Below, in pieces: positions 22,027-32,560 of a stretch of 64,000 nucleotides of DNA (position 1 is the stretch's first letter; the number at the start of each line of letters is the position of its first letter). The stretch comes from a virus (lineage: Duplodnaviria; Caudoviricetes). Position numbers and translations under genes: made by a program. The notes below the pieces were generated by a model that saw only the letters and a program-made list of their open reading frames with translations, searched no databases and was not told the origin of the DNA. The stretch lies in the IMG/VR virus record IMGVR_UViG_3300029705_000042. One strand, given 5' to 3'.

Positions 22027-22409
22027 TCCTTCCGATTATTCGCTACATATTCCATAATCAAATCTTTCTTTACATAATCTTCAACAAAGGCACTAATGAC
22101 ATGTTTGATAAAATATCCGTCATATTTAACTGCATCTTTAAATTTATTATAAACTTCTTTATTAAATGTGCTGTTAAGCGTTTCTGTTTCTCCATTATCT
22201 TCCTTCCATCTAAGTATATCTTCTCTATCTAAAGAATATTTTCTGTTTGCATATTGCCTCATAAAAACTTCAATCACAATATTTAGTGGTAAGTTTCTTT
22301 CTTTACACTTTACTTTAAACTCATAGAAAATATCCTTATTTATTTGCATATTTAATGCTTTTGTCGGTAATTTTTTGGCTTCGACCTTAATAAATCCTGC
22401 CATATACAC
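22023..22409 (-). CDS. Tandem ribbon-helix-helix-like DNA-binding protein
   Basis: Internal duplication LNMQINKDIFYEFK...VIEVFMRQY / LNSTFNKEVYNKFK...VISAFVEDY. Confidence 0.55.
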   Translation of the reverse strand: MYMAGFIKVEAKKLPTKALNMQINKDIFYEFKVKCKERNLPLNIVIEVFMRQYANRKYSLDREDILRWKEDNGETETLNSTFNKEVYNKFKDAVKYDGYFIKHVISAFVEDYVKKDLIMEYVANNRKE

Positions 22410-22492
22410 TCACTTCCTTAAATTGTTTATCTCTTTTTCTAATTTAATTATATCACAATTATCATAGTTATCAACTATTTTATTAACACTTA

Positions 22493-22813
22493 TCAGCAAT
22501 ACCAATCAAACTCTGTATAACCGCCAGATTCTTCTATATAACGGAAACATTCTTCTAAAGTAAATTCTTCGCCATATCCACCAAAGCCAGTATCTTCATC
22601 GTATTCTCCGTAATTATCGTCGCAATCAAACGAAAGAATAATCATAGAAATTAAATTATCCATTGAAGTTTTCGGTTTATAGCCATCGGCAACAATTTTC
22701 TTTTTGATGTCATTGTAATACATTACATAAGTTCCCTCTGGATTGCTTGCACAATCAATAAACACTGACATGCCTCCAACTTTTCTTGTATAACTCATTA
22801 TAATAACCTCCAA
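22493..22813 (-). CDS. Hypothetical acidic protein
   Basis: ORF with RBS. Confidence 0.6.
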   Translation of the reverse strand: MEVIIMSYTRKVGGMSVFIDCASNPEGTYVMYYNDIKKKIVADGYKPKTSMDNLISMIILSFDCDDNYGEYDEDTGFGGYGEEFTLEECFRYIEESGGYTEFDWYC

Positions 22814-22822
22814 TTATTTTAA

Positions 22823-23551
22823 TCATAATATCACTTCGTAATTCATCATTGCTTCATAACATTGCTTTGATATATTACTGTTTGCATACTCCTGTTCTGC
22901 AACTCGTTTAATTTGTTTTTCTCTATACTCTTTATACTTCTGCAACACCGCCTCGCTTGAATCTTCTATATTTAAATCTTGTTCCATAAACAATCTGTTT
23001 ACATTCTGCGGTACTAAACAACAAGTTTCTGGAGAATAAATATCATTATCTTTAACTATTATATTTCTATTTAAAATCCAATTATTTCCTTTTAAAAAGT
23101 TTTCTGCATTAGACTGTTTGTGTATCCATTCATAGAAATTCTCAAAACATAACCATTCTTCACAACAAACTGCATTAAAATGTGTTTGATATTTCTCTTT
23201 GTATTCATCGTCATAACATTTATATAACATATTTCTCCAAGTATAATATTCTCTGCAAACTTTTCCATTTGGTCTGGCAGGATATTTATTACCTCTCATT
23301 CCCACACCATAAATAGTTGGATGATAAGGATTTTTAATGCTTCCATTAGTAAATTCCCTATATGTGCTTTTAATTCTTGCTTGCCGTTTGTCTTGAAACT
23401 CAACTACAATATCGGATGATTTATTATATTCAACAATCTTCATCGAACAACCTTGTTTGTTTAATCGTTCTTCTCCAAGCCTTTCTCTCTTTTGTCTTTC
23501 TTGCGTTTCTTTAGATGTACTATGATTACTGTTATTTCCCATAATAAACAC
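22823..23551 (-). CDS. Phage HNH-endonuclease-related protein, possibly catalytically degenerate
   Basis: Pattern YYTWRNMLYKCY...CEEWLCFENFYEW...YSPETCCLVPQNVN. Confidence 0.6.
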   Translation of the reverse strand: MFIMGNNSNHSTSKETQERQKRERLGEERLNKQGCSMKIVEYNKSSDIVVEFQDKRQARIKSTYREFTNGSIKNPYHPTIYGVGMRGNKYPARPNGKVCREYYTWRNMLYKCYDDEYKEKYQTHFNAVCCEEWLCFENFYEWIHKQSNAENFLKGNNWILNRNIIVKDNDIYSPETCCLVPQNVNRLFMEQDLNIEDSSEAVLQKYKEYREKQIKRVAEQEYANSNISKQCYEAMMNYEVIL

Positions 23552-23567
23552 AACCTTTATAAGTTTA

Positions 23568-23891
23568 TTAGTGTTCTTCTTTTAATTTTCCATCTTTGTA
23601 CAAAGAATGTTTATATCGTCTTGTATTTTTAATTGCCTCCCTATGTTCTTCTTTTGTGCCTTGCCATTCTCTCCAATGTTCTTTTCGGTATTCTTTTGCT
23701 TTTTCCGCACTTTCTTTATTTACAATTAGAAGAATTGTTTTCTTGCTAACTTCAAACATTTTAGCTAAACCATTCAAACTATACTGACCAGTTCCATATA
23801 GCTTCTTAATTTCTTCTCTCTGTGCATCGGTTAATCTTTTCCGTCTATCTTGCAATCCTTGCAGTTTAATCTTTTCACTCTTATAAGGCAT
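23568..23891 (-). CDS. HTH DNA-binding protein
   Basis: YSLNGLAKMFEVSKKTILLIV helix-turn-helix. Confidence 0.6.
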   Translation of the reverse strand: MPYKSEKIKLQGLQDRRKRLTDAQREEIKKLYGTGQYSLNGLAKMFEVSKKTILLIVNKESAEKAKEYRKEHWREWQGTKEEHREAIKNTRRYKHSLYKDGKLKEEH

Positions 23892-23948
23892 TTAGTCCAC
23901 CTTCTTTATTTATATATATTTATTAGTTATAATGGCAGTTATACCACC

Positions 23949-24278
23949 TTAATCAAACTCTGGAATAATAACTGCGTCATAATATCTATCAATGTCATAA
24001 TCAGGTTCTTCCATTTGATACATTAAAACCTTTTCACATCTTTGAATTTCTCCAAATGCTTTTAAATACTTGATTAAAGCATCCTTTGCATCTAATTCAC
24101 AATAAACTGTTACATCGTTGCTACCATAATAATTTTTAACTTTAATTAATTCAGAGCTTTCTCTTACATTATTAAAGATGTGTAAAAAATTCTCTGCATA
24201 TTCTTTAACATCTCCTTCTACATTTACTGTAATCGCATAACCTTCCACTTCGTATACTTTTGTTTCCACTTGTTTCAT
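23949..24278 (-). CDS. Hypothetical protein, paralog of 37303-37644
   Basis: Shared ITV..EG.V..YA..FLHI.NN.RE...NDV.V.C...YL..FGEI; start moved to the ATG at 24278, behind GAGG. Confidence 0.7.
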   Translation of the reverse strand: MKQVETKVYEVEGYAITVNVEGDVKEYAENFLHIFNNVRESSELIKVKNYYGSNDVTVYCELDAKDALIKYLKAFGEIQRCEKVLMYQMEEPDYDIDRYYDAVIIPEFD

Positions 24279-24321
24279 TCCAATAACCTCCTCTATAATA
24301 TCTATCTTTATCCTCAATCAT

Positions 24322-24356
24322 ATTATAACATAGATTTAATTATCCGTCAAGTAGTT
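24322..24356 (-). promoter_or_regulatory. Sigma70/A-type promoter
   Basis: AACTAC-TTGACG-17-TATAAT. Confidence 0.75.
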
Positions 24357-24367
24357 TTAATTTTGTA

Positions 24368-24410
24368 AATAAAGGCGCAGAAAATAGAATCTAAATTCTA
24401 CGCCTTTATT
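24368..24410 (-). terminator. Intrinsic terminator downstream of tRNA-Leu
   Basis: AATAAAGGCG...CGCCTTTATT inverted repeat. Confidence 0.6.
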
Positions 24411-24411
24411 C

Positions 24412-24498
24412 TGGTGCTGGAGAAGGGATTTGAACCCTCACGCTTGTAAAAGCACAAGATTTTAAGTCTCGGATGTCTGCCAATTCCATCACTCCAGC
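24412..24498 (-). tRNA. tRNA-Leu (anticodon TAA)
   Basis: Acceptor GCTGGAG/CTCCAGC, anticodon loop CTTAAAA, long variable arm, GGGTTCAAATCCC T-arm, encoded CCA. Confidence 0.92.
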
Positions 24499-24521
24499 AT
24501 ATTTCTTTTTATTACACAAAC

Positions 24522-24550
24522 ATTATATCACAATAATTTCCACTTGTCAA
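24522..24550 (-). promoter_or_regulatory. Consensus promoter of tRNA-Leu
   Basis: TTGACA-17-TATAAT with extended TG. Confidence 0.85.
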
Positions 24551-24682
24551 CACTTTTTTGAAATTTTCTAAAATTTTTTAAGGTAAATTTAATTTACCTT
24601 ATACGCTATAAGGTACAATTATATATATATATTCATTTTTAATTACACCCTATGGCGTATAAGGTCTTGTTTTTTATTTGTA

Positions 24683-26795
24683 TCAATAAAAAAGCTCCGT
24701 CATCACATTAGACTTGGATACATTATATTTATCTGCAATGTATTCAATAATCTGTTTCTGTATATGTTTGCTTCTTTCCCCAATGGCTTCGCCAATAATG
24801 TGAATTAGTTCAATAGCCTCATCATAATTAGTAAACAATGCTCCGCAATCAGAACTATCGTCTTGCTTTAATTTTTCAAGACCAGACTCGGTATAACATT
24901 CTGTTTTTCTTGCACAAGCATAACAGTTTCTATTCATTATCTAATTCCTCCATATAAAATTGTGTTTTTATCTATTAAGTAAAGAGATTTTCCTTAACAT
25001 AATCAAACCAATATATCTTTACATCTTCCTCGTCAATTTCAAATCCGTCAATCTCTTTTATTGCTTCTTCGTGGTCTTTTTCCCAACTACTTGTGATATA
25101 ATTTACACAATAATCATCATAAGGAAAGTCCAAATTATCCAAAATTTCAATAACTAAATCCGCTCTCATAATTTAATCCTCCTAAATAATTTTTTTATCC
25201 GTAATAAGTTCCGCAAATATGACAGATTCTACTTCTGTAATCAAAATCTTCCGTCAAATACTCACCAAGTTTTGATTTAAGTTCATCTATAATTTCTTCT
25301 ATATCATTATATGCTTTCTTAAACAATGTGGGATAATGTGTCAGCGGTACATAGGCAATGATATCGCCTCTATAAGATTCATAATCTCTGCCCCAATCAA
25401 AATATCCATCATCGTTGATTGTCCGTGCTTCGCCAGTAAACTCACTTATATATTCACAAATTCCTTCATCAAAAAGAATGTATGCAAGGTCTGTATCTTC
25501 ATCCAGAGGCTCAACATCTAACTTTGATATGACTATTTTCATCGTTTCCTTATCAAATACCAAACCGTAATCATCAATCGCCCAATCTCTCGTACTCATA
25601 ATAATTTCCTCCTATATATTTATTAATTAAAATCATTATTTTATTTGTTGTTAATCATAAGATGTGCGTACTTTTCAACAACGCCATAAGTTAATTTAGT
25701 CGGCTCTTCTGTATCGTAATAATCTACTTCCGTATATTTATCCAACACAATAAGATACAAAGGAATACAACCAAACAAAAACCATCCAATATAATCCGTA
25801 ACAATCATATGTTCATACTTGTTTCGTTTCTTGTTCCAAAACTCAAATCTAATTTTCCGATAAGGCTTTTTAACAATCATAAATCCTCCGCTTAAAACCA
25901 CACTTTTATATCTTATCTATATGCTCTTGTTCTGTATCAATAGTCATTGTTTCAAAGTCTAACCAATATCCATTATCCAAACGCAGACTACCATTTTGAT
26001 TTTTTACCATAATGTCAAAACAATACATAAACTTTGTCCAAGTCGGCATAAGTCTATATATAAATTTATATTCCATCAATTTATATAAAAACTTTTTCAT
26101 ATATCATTACCTCTTTAAAATCACTCTTTTATGTGGCTTTCTATTTTCTTTCCCACAAACATCAACACAATGTCAAACATTATTACAAATATTATCCATA
26201 TTGCCAAATCAATTGTGCCTGCAAAATCAAGTTGACAACCATTGATAAAATAGATAAATATAATAGTCAAACAACACATAGAAATTGCAATTGGTTTAAT
26301 ATATTTATTAAATGAAAGCATTTCTAATAACAAGGCGATAACAAAAGCCATTAGTATATCTGTAATCATATATCTTTACCTCTTAAAATCGTCATTTTAA
26401 CACGCCACAATTCGCAACATATTTAATCTTGCATATCTTATGGCACTTTTAACTATATCCATACTCGCTTGTTCATACTTCGTAAAATCAAAAGTAACAT
26501 CTTTAACCTTAAAAGAGCCACCTTGATTTTCTTCTACACTCTTAAGGCAATCACATACAGTTTCGATTTCGTCCATTGTTTTAAGTGACACAGAAATTTT
26601 ACTTCCAGTATACTCCCAATCTCCAATCTTTTCTGTACAACCATCATTCCAAATCTTTGTTCCTGCTCCCTGCGGAGGCTTAATCCCCTTGAATATAATC
26701 GTTTGACCTATCACACCTACATCAATACCACCATATCCAAAAAAACAAGTGTTTGTTTTTATATCCACATAATCAACCATTACAAAATCCTCCAT
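24683..26795 (-). other. Small hypothetical genes (24683-24937, 24975-25169, 25195-25599, 25641-25901, 25906-26100, 26121-26369 membrane protein, 26397-26795)
   Basis: Co-oriented ORFs, most bounded by TAAAA-N6-TTTTA. Confidence 0.65.
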
Positions 26796-26822
26796 TTAAA
26801 ATTATCCTTTTAAGATATAAGC

Positions 26823-27476
26823 TTAATAGTTTAAGCAAACACATCTGCCATCATTCAACTGCATATACTGTTCTTCTTCCAACAAGTCCTCGCCAAACTT
26901 TTCAAAGTCAAAGTATCTTTCTGCAACCGAATTACTATCTACATATCCAAGGCTATATGCTTCGTCATAACCCAAATCATAAACACTATCAAACACACAA
27001 CCTACAATTCCTCTATCTCTATAATCAAGATAGTATTCATCGAAAATCTGTTCAATATCTTCTTCGTCAAATCCGTATTCGTCCATCAAATACTCTTTTT
27101 CTTCTTCGATTACTTCATTAAACAGCTTTTTATTCTCTGCGGACAACAGCTTGTCATATACGGATTGAATTGCGTTACAAAGTTCAATACCTTTGTTGTA
27201 TCTTTCATCACCTTTAGTTATTCCATAACCCAAATCGTTTATATCCTTATTAAACTTAATAAGCTGATTATATTCATCTTCTGTTAAAACAGTTTTAATA
27301 TCCTCATAGTTAGCAAAATCGTGTCCGCTATAACAAGCACCATGCAATATCACACTTCCAAAATAATGGTCGCACTCCCATCTTTTAGGCGTTGTTTCAA
27401 TGTATGCACAACAATCTCTGCCTTCCGCATATTCCTTATACAAAAATACATATCTTTTCATTTTAAATCCCTCCAT
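26823..27476 (-). CDS. Acidic protein with ArdA-like (antirestriction, DNA mimic) C-terminus
   Basis: C-terminal RYFDFEKFGEDL resembles the ArdA motif YFDYEAFGRDL; very D/E-rich. Confidence 0.55.
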   Translation of the reverse strand: MEGFKMKRYVFLYKEYAEGRDCCAYIETTPKRWECDHYFGSVILHGACYSGHDFANYEDIKTVLTEDEYNQLIKFNKDINDLGYGITKGDERYNKGIELCNAIQSVYDKLLSAENKKLFNEVIEEEKEYLMDEYGFDEEDIEQIFDEYYLDYRDRGIVGCVFDSVYDLGYDEAYSLGYVDSNSVAERYFDFEKFGEDLLEEEQYMQLNDGRCVCLNY

Positions 27477-27482
27477 ATAAAA

Positions 27483-28003
27483 TTAGTCTTTTAATTTATT
27501 TGCTATGACGGACAATTCCAAAAGCACCTCGGAATTTCTGTCATACTTTTCAATTTCTTCATCCGTAAATCTTTCGGTCTTTTCATCCATCTTCCAGTTC
27601 TCTTGTTGTCTCTTGATTTCTTCCATCCTAACCAAGCACATAAGAATTGTTTGCTCTCTGTTTGTTAATTCAACTGTTTTCATATTTGAATACTCCTATA
27701 AATTTTCTTATGTATGGTTGAACGGATTTTATTCCGTTCAACCTATTCTTAATGTTTTATAAATCACCAGTTTTCCTTATCAATTACTGCGTTATGCTTC
27801 ATAGCATATTCATAAAAATCTTCCGTATCATCTGCGGTATATTCTGTTAGAAAATCTTCCAAGTCTTTGAAGTATTCGCCTTTGTTGCATTCTTTGAAGT
27901 ATTGTTCGGCAAATTCTTTTGTGACTAAAACTTCCGTTAAGTTTTCACTTTCATCATGTTCCTCAATCGTATCACGATAAACGCAAATCCATAGTTTTTC
28001 CAT
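27483..28003 (-). other. Two small hypothetical genes (27483-27683, 27764-28003)
   Basis: ORFs with RBS, separated by a hairpin at about 27716-27743. Confidence 0.6.
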
Positions 28004-28031
28004 GATTATTCACTCCTTATAAAATTATGTC

Positions 28032-28664
28032 TTATTCTTCGACAACTTCTACTGTTTTAGTGTGGATAAAATTGTTAATATTCCAATCATAACCGCTATT
28101 ATTACTTCCATATAAATCTACATAAGGCATACCATATACATTTGTTCCGTTTACAAATTTATCTTCACCAAAACCCATAACCTTATGTTTTACAAACTTT
28201 TCATTACATTCCTTGATGAAAACTGTATCACCAACATTTAAATCTTCCGTTGGGATTTCTTTTGCTTTAATATATTCTCCAATCTGTTCCTTCTCTGGCA
28301 TAGCTACATCAATTCCCATCAGCATATCTTCCATATCGTGATTCATTTGTTCACAACCTTTGAAATGCTTGCGGTCAACGATTTCCCAACCTTTGATGAT
28401 ATAAGTTCCGTTATCATAATTGTTGCAATCTAACTTGTCTACTGTATCAATTCCAACTGATAATGAACCACCAAAGAAATTTCCGATTACTTGACACAAT
28501 CTTGCCCATCCGTAACAATCTGCATCAGGACTACGATACCCTTTAAGTTCGCAATACTTTAGGAAAGCACTTACGCTATCATAGCCTCCGTTCCAATGTA
28601 AATAAACTCCAACACCATTGTTCTCAAAATTTTCTTTCGTTGTGATTACTGCACGATTACCCAT
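28032..28664 (-). CDS. Hypothetical phage protein
   Basis: MGNRAVI...GVYLHWNGG N-terminus; has its own promoter. Confidence 0.7.
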   Translation of the reverse strand: MGNRAVITTKENFENNGVGVYLHWNGGYDSVSAFLKYCELKGYRSPDADCYGWARLCQVIGNFFGGSLSVGIDTVDKLDCNNYDNGTYIIKGWEIVDRKHFKGCEQMNHDMEDMLMGIDVAMPEKEQIGEYIKAKEIPTEDLNVGDTVFIKECNEKFVKHKVMGFGEDKFVNGTNVYGMPYVDLYGSNNSGYDWNINNFIHTKTVEVVEE

Positions 28665-28712
28665 GATTCATCACTCCTGATGTTTTTTATTTACTTCTTA
28701 CCTTACACCTAT

Positions 28713-28747
28713 ATTATAGCATATAAAACATACATCGTCAAGTAGTT
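28713..28747 (-). promoter_or_regulatory. Sigma70/A-type promoter
   Basis: AACTAC-TTGACG-17-TATAAT. Confidence 0.75.
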
Positions 28748-28809
28748 TTCAGAATATTTTCTGTAAAATATTACACAAATTTTCCGTTAAGTTTTTGTAT
28801 ATTTTAACT

Positions 28810-28851
28810 AAAAAAGTTTGGACAGATAGACTTTCCATCTATCCAAACTTT
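28810..28851 (-). terminator. Intrinsic terminator
   Basis: AAAGTTTGGATAGAT...ATCTGTCCAAACTTTTT on the minus strand. Confidence 0.65.
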
Positions 28852-28861
28852 CAATCAATGC

Positions 28862-29257
28862 TTATACAAACAATGCTTTGACTTTAAATTCCGCTCCATT
28901 TGGATATGTTATATTAATATCCATTTGCAACTCTTGTTTTACAATCTTCACTTGTTTATCGTTCAATTCTATTGTATTTCCTTCTTTGTCGTGACTTGCA
29001 AATACACAATTACCAAAGATGACATCTAAAACTTGTTTAGTCTTTCCGTCAACAACGGCAATCTCTGCTTTTAATCCTTCGATATATTTACCTTCCTCGT
29101 TGATAATTACATCAATTACATTGTCACGAAACTCCTTGCTTATAAACGGAAATTCAATATAACCGCCTACAATGGTTTGTAATTCCTCCAAAGTGTTTTT
29201 AATTTCTTGCTCCTTGAATTGTCCGTTGCTTAATATCAACACCTTCATAGGAAACAC
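28862..29257 (-). CDS. DUF3846-like protein
   Basis: NTLEELQTIVGGYIE...INEEGK motif. Confidence 0.65.
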   Translation of the reverse strand: MFPMKVLILSNGQFKEQEIKNTLEELQTIVGGYIEFPFISKEFRDNVIDVIINEEGKYIEGLKAEIAVVDGKTKQVLDVIFGNCVFASHDKEGNTIELNDKQVKIVKQELQMDINITYPNGAEFKVKALFV

Positions 29258-29272
29258 ATCCTTTATTATAGT

Positions 29273-29678
29273 TTATCCTTCTATATGCTCCGTTACCTCA
29301 CCAGTTAAGATATGACTTTTAAGTGATATATATTTTCCATCACGCTTAAATACAATTACATTTACGGCTGGCTGCTCAAACCATTCGTCCGTTTCTCTTT
29401 CACCATAATGCTCTACATAATACTTGTACAAATTACTGTTAAATTGTTCTTTAGTTAAAATTGCCATTACAACACCTCTTATATATTTTTAATTATTTTT
29501 CCGTTACTTCCCCAGTTTGCATATCACAAACAAGAATAATTGTTTTGCCATCACGGTCAAATTTCCAAGTGTTGACCGCAGGATTTACATACCAAGCATC
29601 CGTATCACGCTCTCCAAAATGCTTTTTATAGTATCTGTCAAGTCGTGTGTGCAACTGTTTTTCCGTTAAAGTTTTCAT
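29273..29678 (-). other. Two tandem paralogous small genes (29273-29467, 29493-29678)
   Basis: Both contain LT..Q....L..YY..H.GER.TD.W...PAVN...F.RDGK.I.L.....TGEVTE. Confidence 0.7.
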
Positions 29679-29903
29679 TATATCTCACTCCTTATTTATA
29701 ATATACTTTAAAATATTGTCTTACATTGTTTTGGATAGCAGAACAAACAACCCACGCATATCCTTCCGATTTGATTTTTCCAATACAAATCACTTCACCA
29801 AGTTTTGCTTCGATTGCTGGAGATTCTTTAATACATTCCATATAGATATTATACCAAACCTTTTTCATGTTTCATCACTCCTTATATATTTTCCAAGCAA
29901 TAT

Positions 29904-30392
29904 TTAAATTGCATTGTCATCAATGATAAAATCCAATCTTGTTAATACATCGTCTTGTTCATTTGTAAACGGATTATAGATATAATATGTTAAGATTTTA
30001 TCTCCTTCTTTTGCTCCGTCTACACGCTCATAACTGATATAATTTCCACCATCTTTATTTGTATAACCACCATCATCAGTATTACAATTAAGGATTTCTC
30101 CATCTAACTTATGACTTGTAACCTTACCAATGATTTTTTCCACAACGATTTTTCCTTTTCTGTTCGCCATGACTTGCGGTGTTAGTTCGCTTGTATCATA
30201 GATTTCGATTGCGTTTACATCTTTAATCATATTGTCGTAAAATTCCATTTGTGAAACATTATCAACATATATTCCGTCATGTACTTTAGTTTCAGTTATT
30301 GATACATCATCTTTGAAATTCAAACCTATTGAAAATCCAACTGATAAACATATTCCAGTATGCAATACTTTTTGCAAGATTTTGTTCATCAT
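29904..30392 (-). CDS. Hypothetical protein with N-terminal hydrophobic/signal segment
   Basis: 162-aa ORF. Confidence 0.6.
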   Translation of the reverse strand: MMNKILQKVLHTGICLSVGFSIGLNFKDDVSITETKVHDGIYVDNVSQMEFYDNMIKDVNAIEIYDTSELTPQVMANRKGKIVVEKIIGKVTSHKLDGEILNCNTDDGGYTNKDGGNYISYERVDGAKEGDKILTYYIYNPFTNEQDDVLTRLDFIIDDNAI

Positions 30393-30669
30393 CCTTCATT
30401 CCCTTCGGCTTTGTTTAATGATTCAAAACTGGATGGAAGGTGTATAATTATTCAATTTTCCATCCAATGTTCAATCATTAAATGTCATTCGCAAGGCTTC
30501 CAAACCTCTACATATTTTCCGTTTGATTTTTCGTCTATAAAATCCTTCTCGTTGCAATGATAATATCCAGTAGCACTTAAAACTTCCGCATCATTATCAC
30601 TAACAAAAGCAACTCCGATTTCTTTAGTTTCTGCGTTCTTGTAGACTAAAAGCATTTTCCATCACTCCT

Positions 30670-32560
30670 TTAATTATTTTTGAGTTCCATCATTGCTTTT
30701 ATTAACACTTCATTCTCTGCATACTTTTTGATATAACGATAGCTCTTATAATTCGTCATGTTCTTATAAACATTGCCGATAATCAAATCTCCGTTATAGT
30801 CAAAGTAGAAAAGTATACCAACAGATTTTCCATCTTCTTTAAATTCTATGTGATACTTGTCACCTAACAGCTCTTTGTATACTTTCATTCCGTCAACTTC
30901 TTTATAGAAATGATAGTGAACAGTTTTGGTCATAATTAAAACCTCCGTTTAATCTTCATCATCGTATTCGCAACAATCGTTGATAATATCCACTATATCT
31001 TTAACAGATAACCATTCATATTTTCCGTTGACATAAACGCTACATCCGCATTCATCGTTTAAATCTCCGTACTTTCTCTCTAACAGTTCTAACAATTCTT
31101 CTTTTTCAATAAACATTTTCCAATCTCCGTTTTAAAATGATATTTTTATATGCTTGACAATATATTGTTTATTGAATATGTCATAATCCAATAATTAAAT
31201 CCTTGCATTTTTCTTCTGTTGTTGTTCATCTCTGTTGAATAATCGCAACAATCAATAAATTTATCCGTGATTTTCGCAAATTCTTTTTGTCCAAAATTCT
31301 CGTAAATTCCGTTTTCTTTTGCTTTTTTAGTTAATATCTTTTTTGCTCTGCTTATTGCTGTGTCAATCTTTTTACAGTTTAAATAATTTTCCATAATATT
31401 CTCCTTTAAAATAGTAGTTTTATAACCTTATATTTTATACTTCTTCTCCGTATGCTTCGAGAAATTCCATCTTCAAATCATCGACATTTTCTCCAATGCT
31501 TTCAAGGATTTTAATTGCCCTTCGTGTCATTTCCTTTGTGTCTTGTTCTTGCCTAATCTGTTCTGCAATACTCATATTAAAATCCTCCGTCAAACCAAAC
31601 CTTGTAAATTCATTACTCTTACACATAAAGCATCAAATTCTGCCTTTGTGATTTTCTTCCATTTCCAGAGCCAATCAATAGAACAAATACACCAGTAAAG
31701 GTCTAAACCAGTATATTTACTTGTTTCCAAGCAATCAAGAGTATCAAGTACAAGAGCATATCTCTTGTTGATTTCCTTTGCCTTATCGGTTTTCTTATTT
31801 GTTACCTTTTTCATAACTGCCTCCAAAATAATGAACATTCCCTTTGTTCTGCATACATTATACCACAAACAATCTACTTTGTCAAGTAGTTTTTAGAATT
31901 TTCTAACTGTTATTTTGCACAAAATTTTGACTTGTTTGTTGTGAAATTTGACTAATCCTCCGCTTAAAATGCGATTTTTATGTGGCGGTTTAAATTCTAC
32001 CGCCACATACTCTATCTTTTTCGTTGAAATAATCAACGATTTCATCCAACTTTTTTGTAACAAGAAAATCGGGAATTTCTCTGTTACCAAGAGTATGAAC
32101 GGGACAATGTGTATCCCTGCAATGCTTTACAAATCTCCGTAAAGCATCCCAATTATCAATGCCGTGCCAAACGATATGATATATCTCCTTTGGAAATTCG
32201 GGAAAACGATAAGTAATTAAATAATTTTTCATATCTTAAATCCTCCACTTAAAATACATGTTTTATAGTTTAATTTATCCACGCATTGCGTAAATCTTTA
32301 TAGTTTATTTTCTGTTTGACTATTAAATCGCATCCGTGATACCGCATTTTCAACTCCACTAAAAGCGATTTATATTCATCCTCTGTTGCCTTTTTGGTAT
32401 TGTGATAAAATTCCAAGTCCGCTTCGCTGTGTTGTCCTATGTGCATATAGGATAGAATTCTTCCATAATTTGCGCTTGCCTCTGGGAAGAATGCCACAAC
32501 CTCATATTTCTTTGTATATGGATTCTTTGCTTTCCTAAAGATAACCTTTACTTTTTCCAT
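30670..32560 (-). other. Small hypothetical genes (30670-30933, 31146-31394, 31435-31626, 31590-31814, 31990-32232, 32270-32560)
   Basis: Co-oriented ORFs with RBS; internal promoter at 31857-31891. Confidence 0.65.
31857..31891 (-). promoter_or_regulatory. Sigma70/A-type promoter
   Basis: AACTAC-TTGACA-17-TATAAT with extended TG. Confidence 0.8.

Larger units (their letters stand above)
1664..32265. repeat. Dispersed 16-bp palindrome TAAAA-N6-TTTTA at gene boundaries (at least 33 perfect copies)
   Basis: Copies start at 1664, 2170, 3249, 3843, 4349, 5183, 5406, 6824, 7275, 8544, 9124, 10067, 11825, 12589, 14670, 16847, 17144, 17557, 17788, 18737, 19303, 19519, 24955, 25628, 25893, 26116, 26384, 26797, 27478, 31133, 31407, 31965 and 32250. 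Confidence 0.9.

Noticed and set aside
24412-24498. tRNA-Leu as a prophage attachment boundary
   Set aside because: Phage-like genes continue on both sides, no duplicated 3' tRNA fragment was seen, and the recombinase is about 3 kb away.
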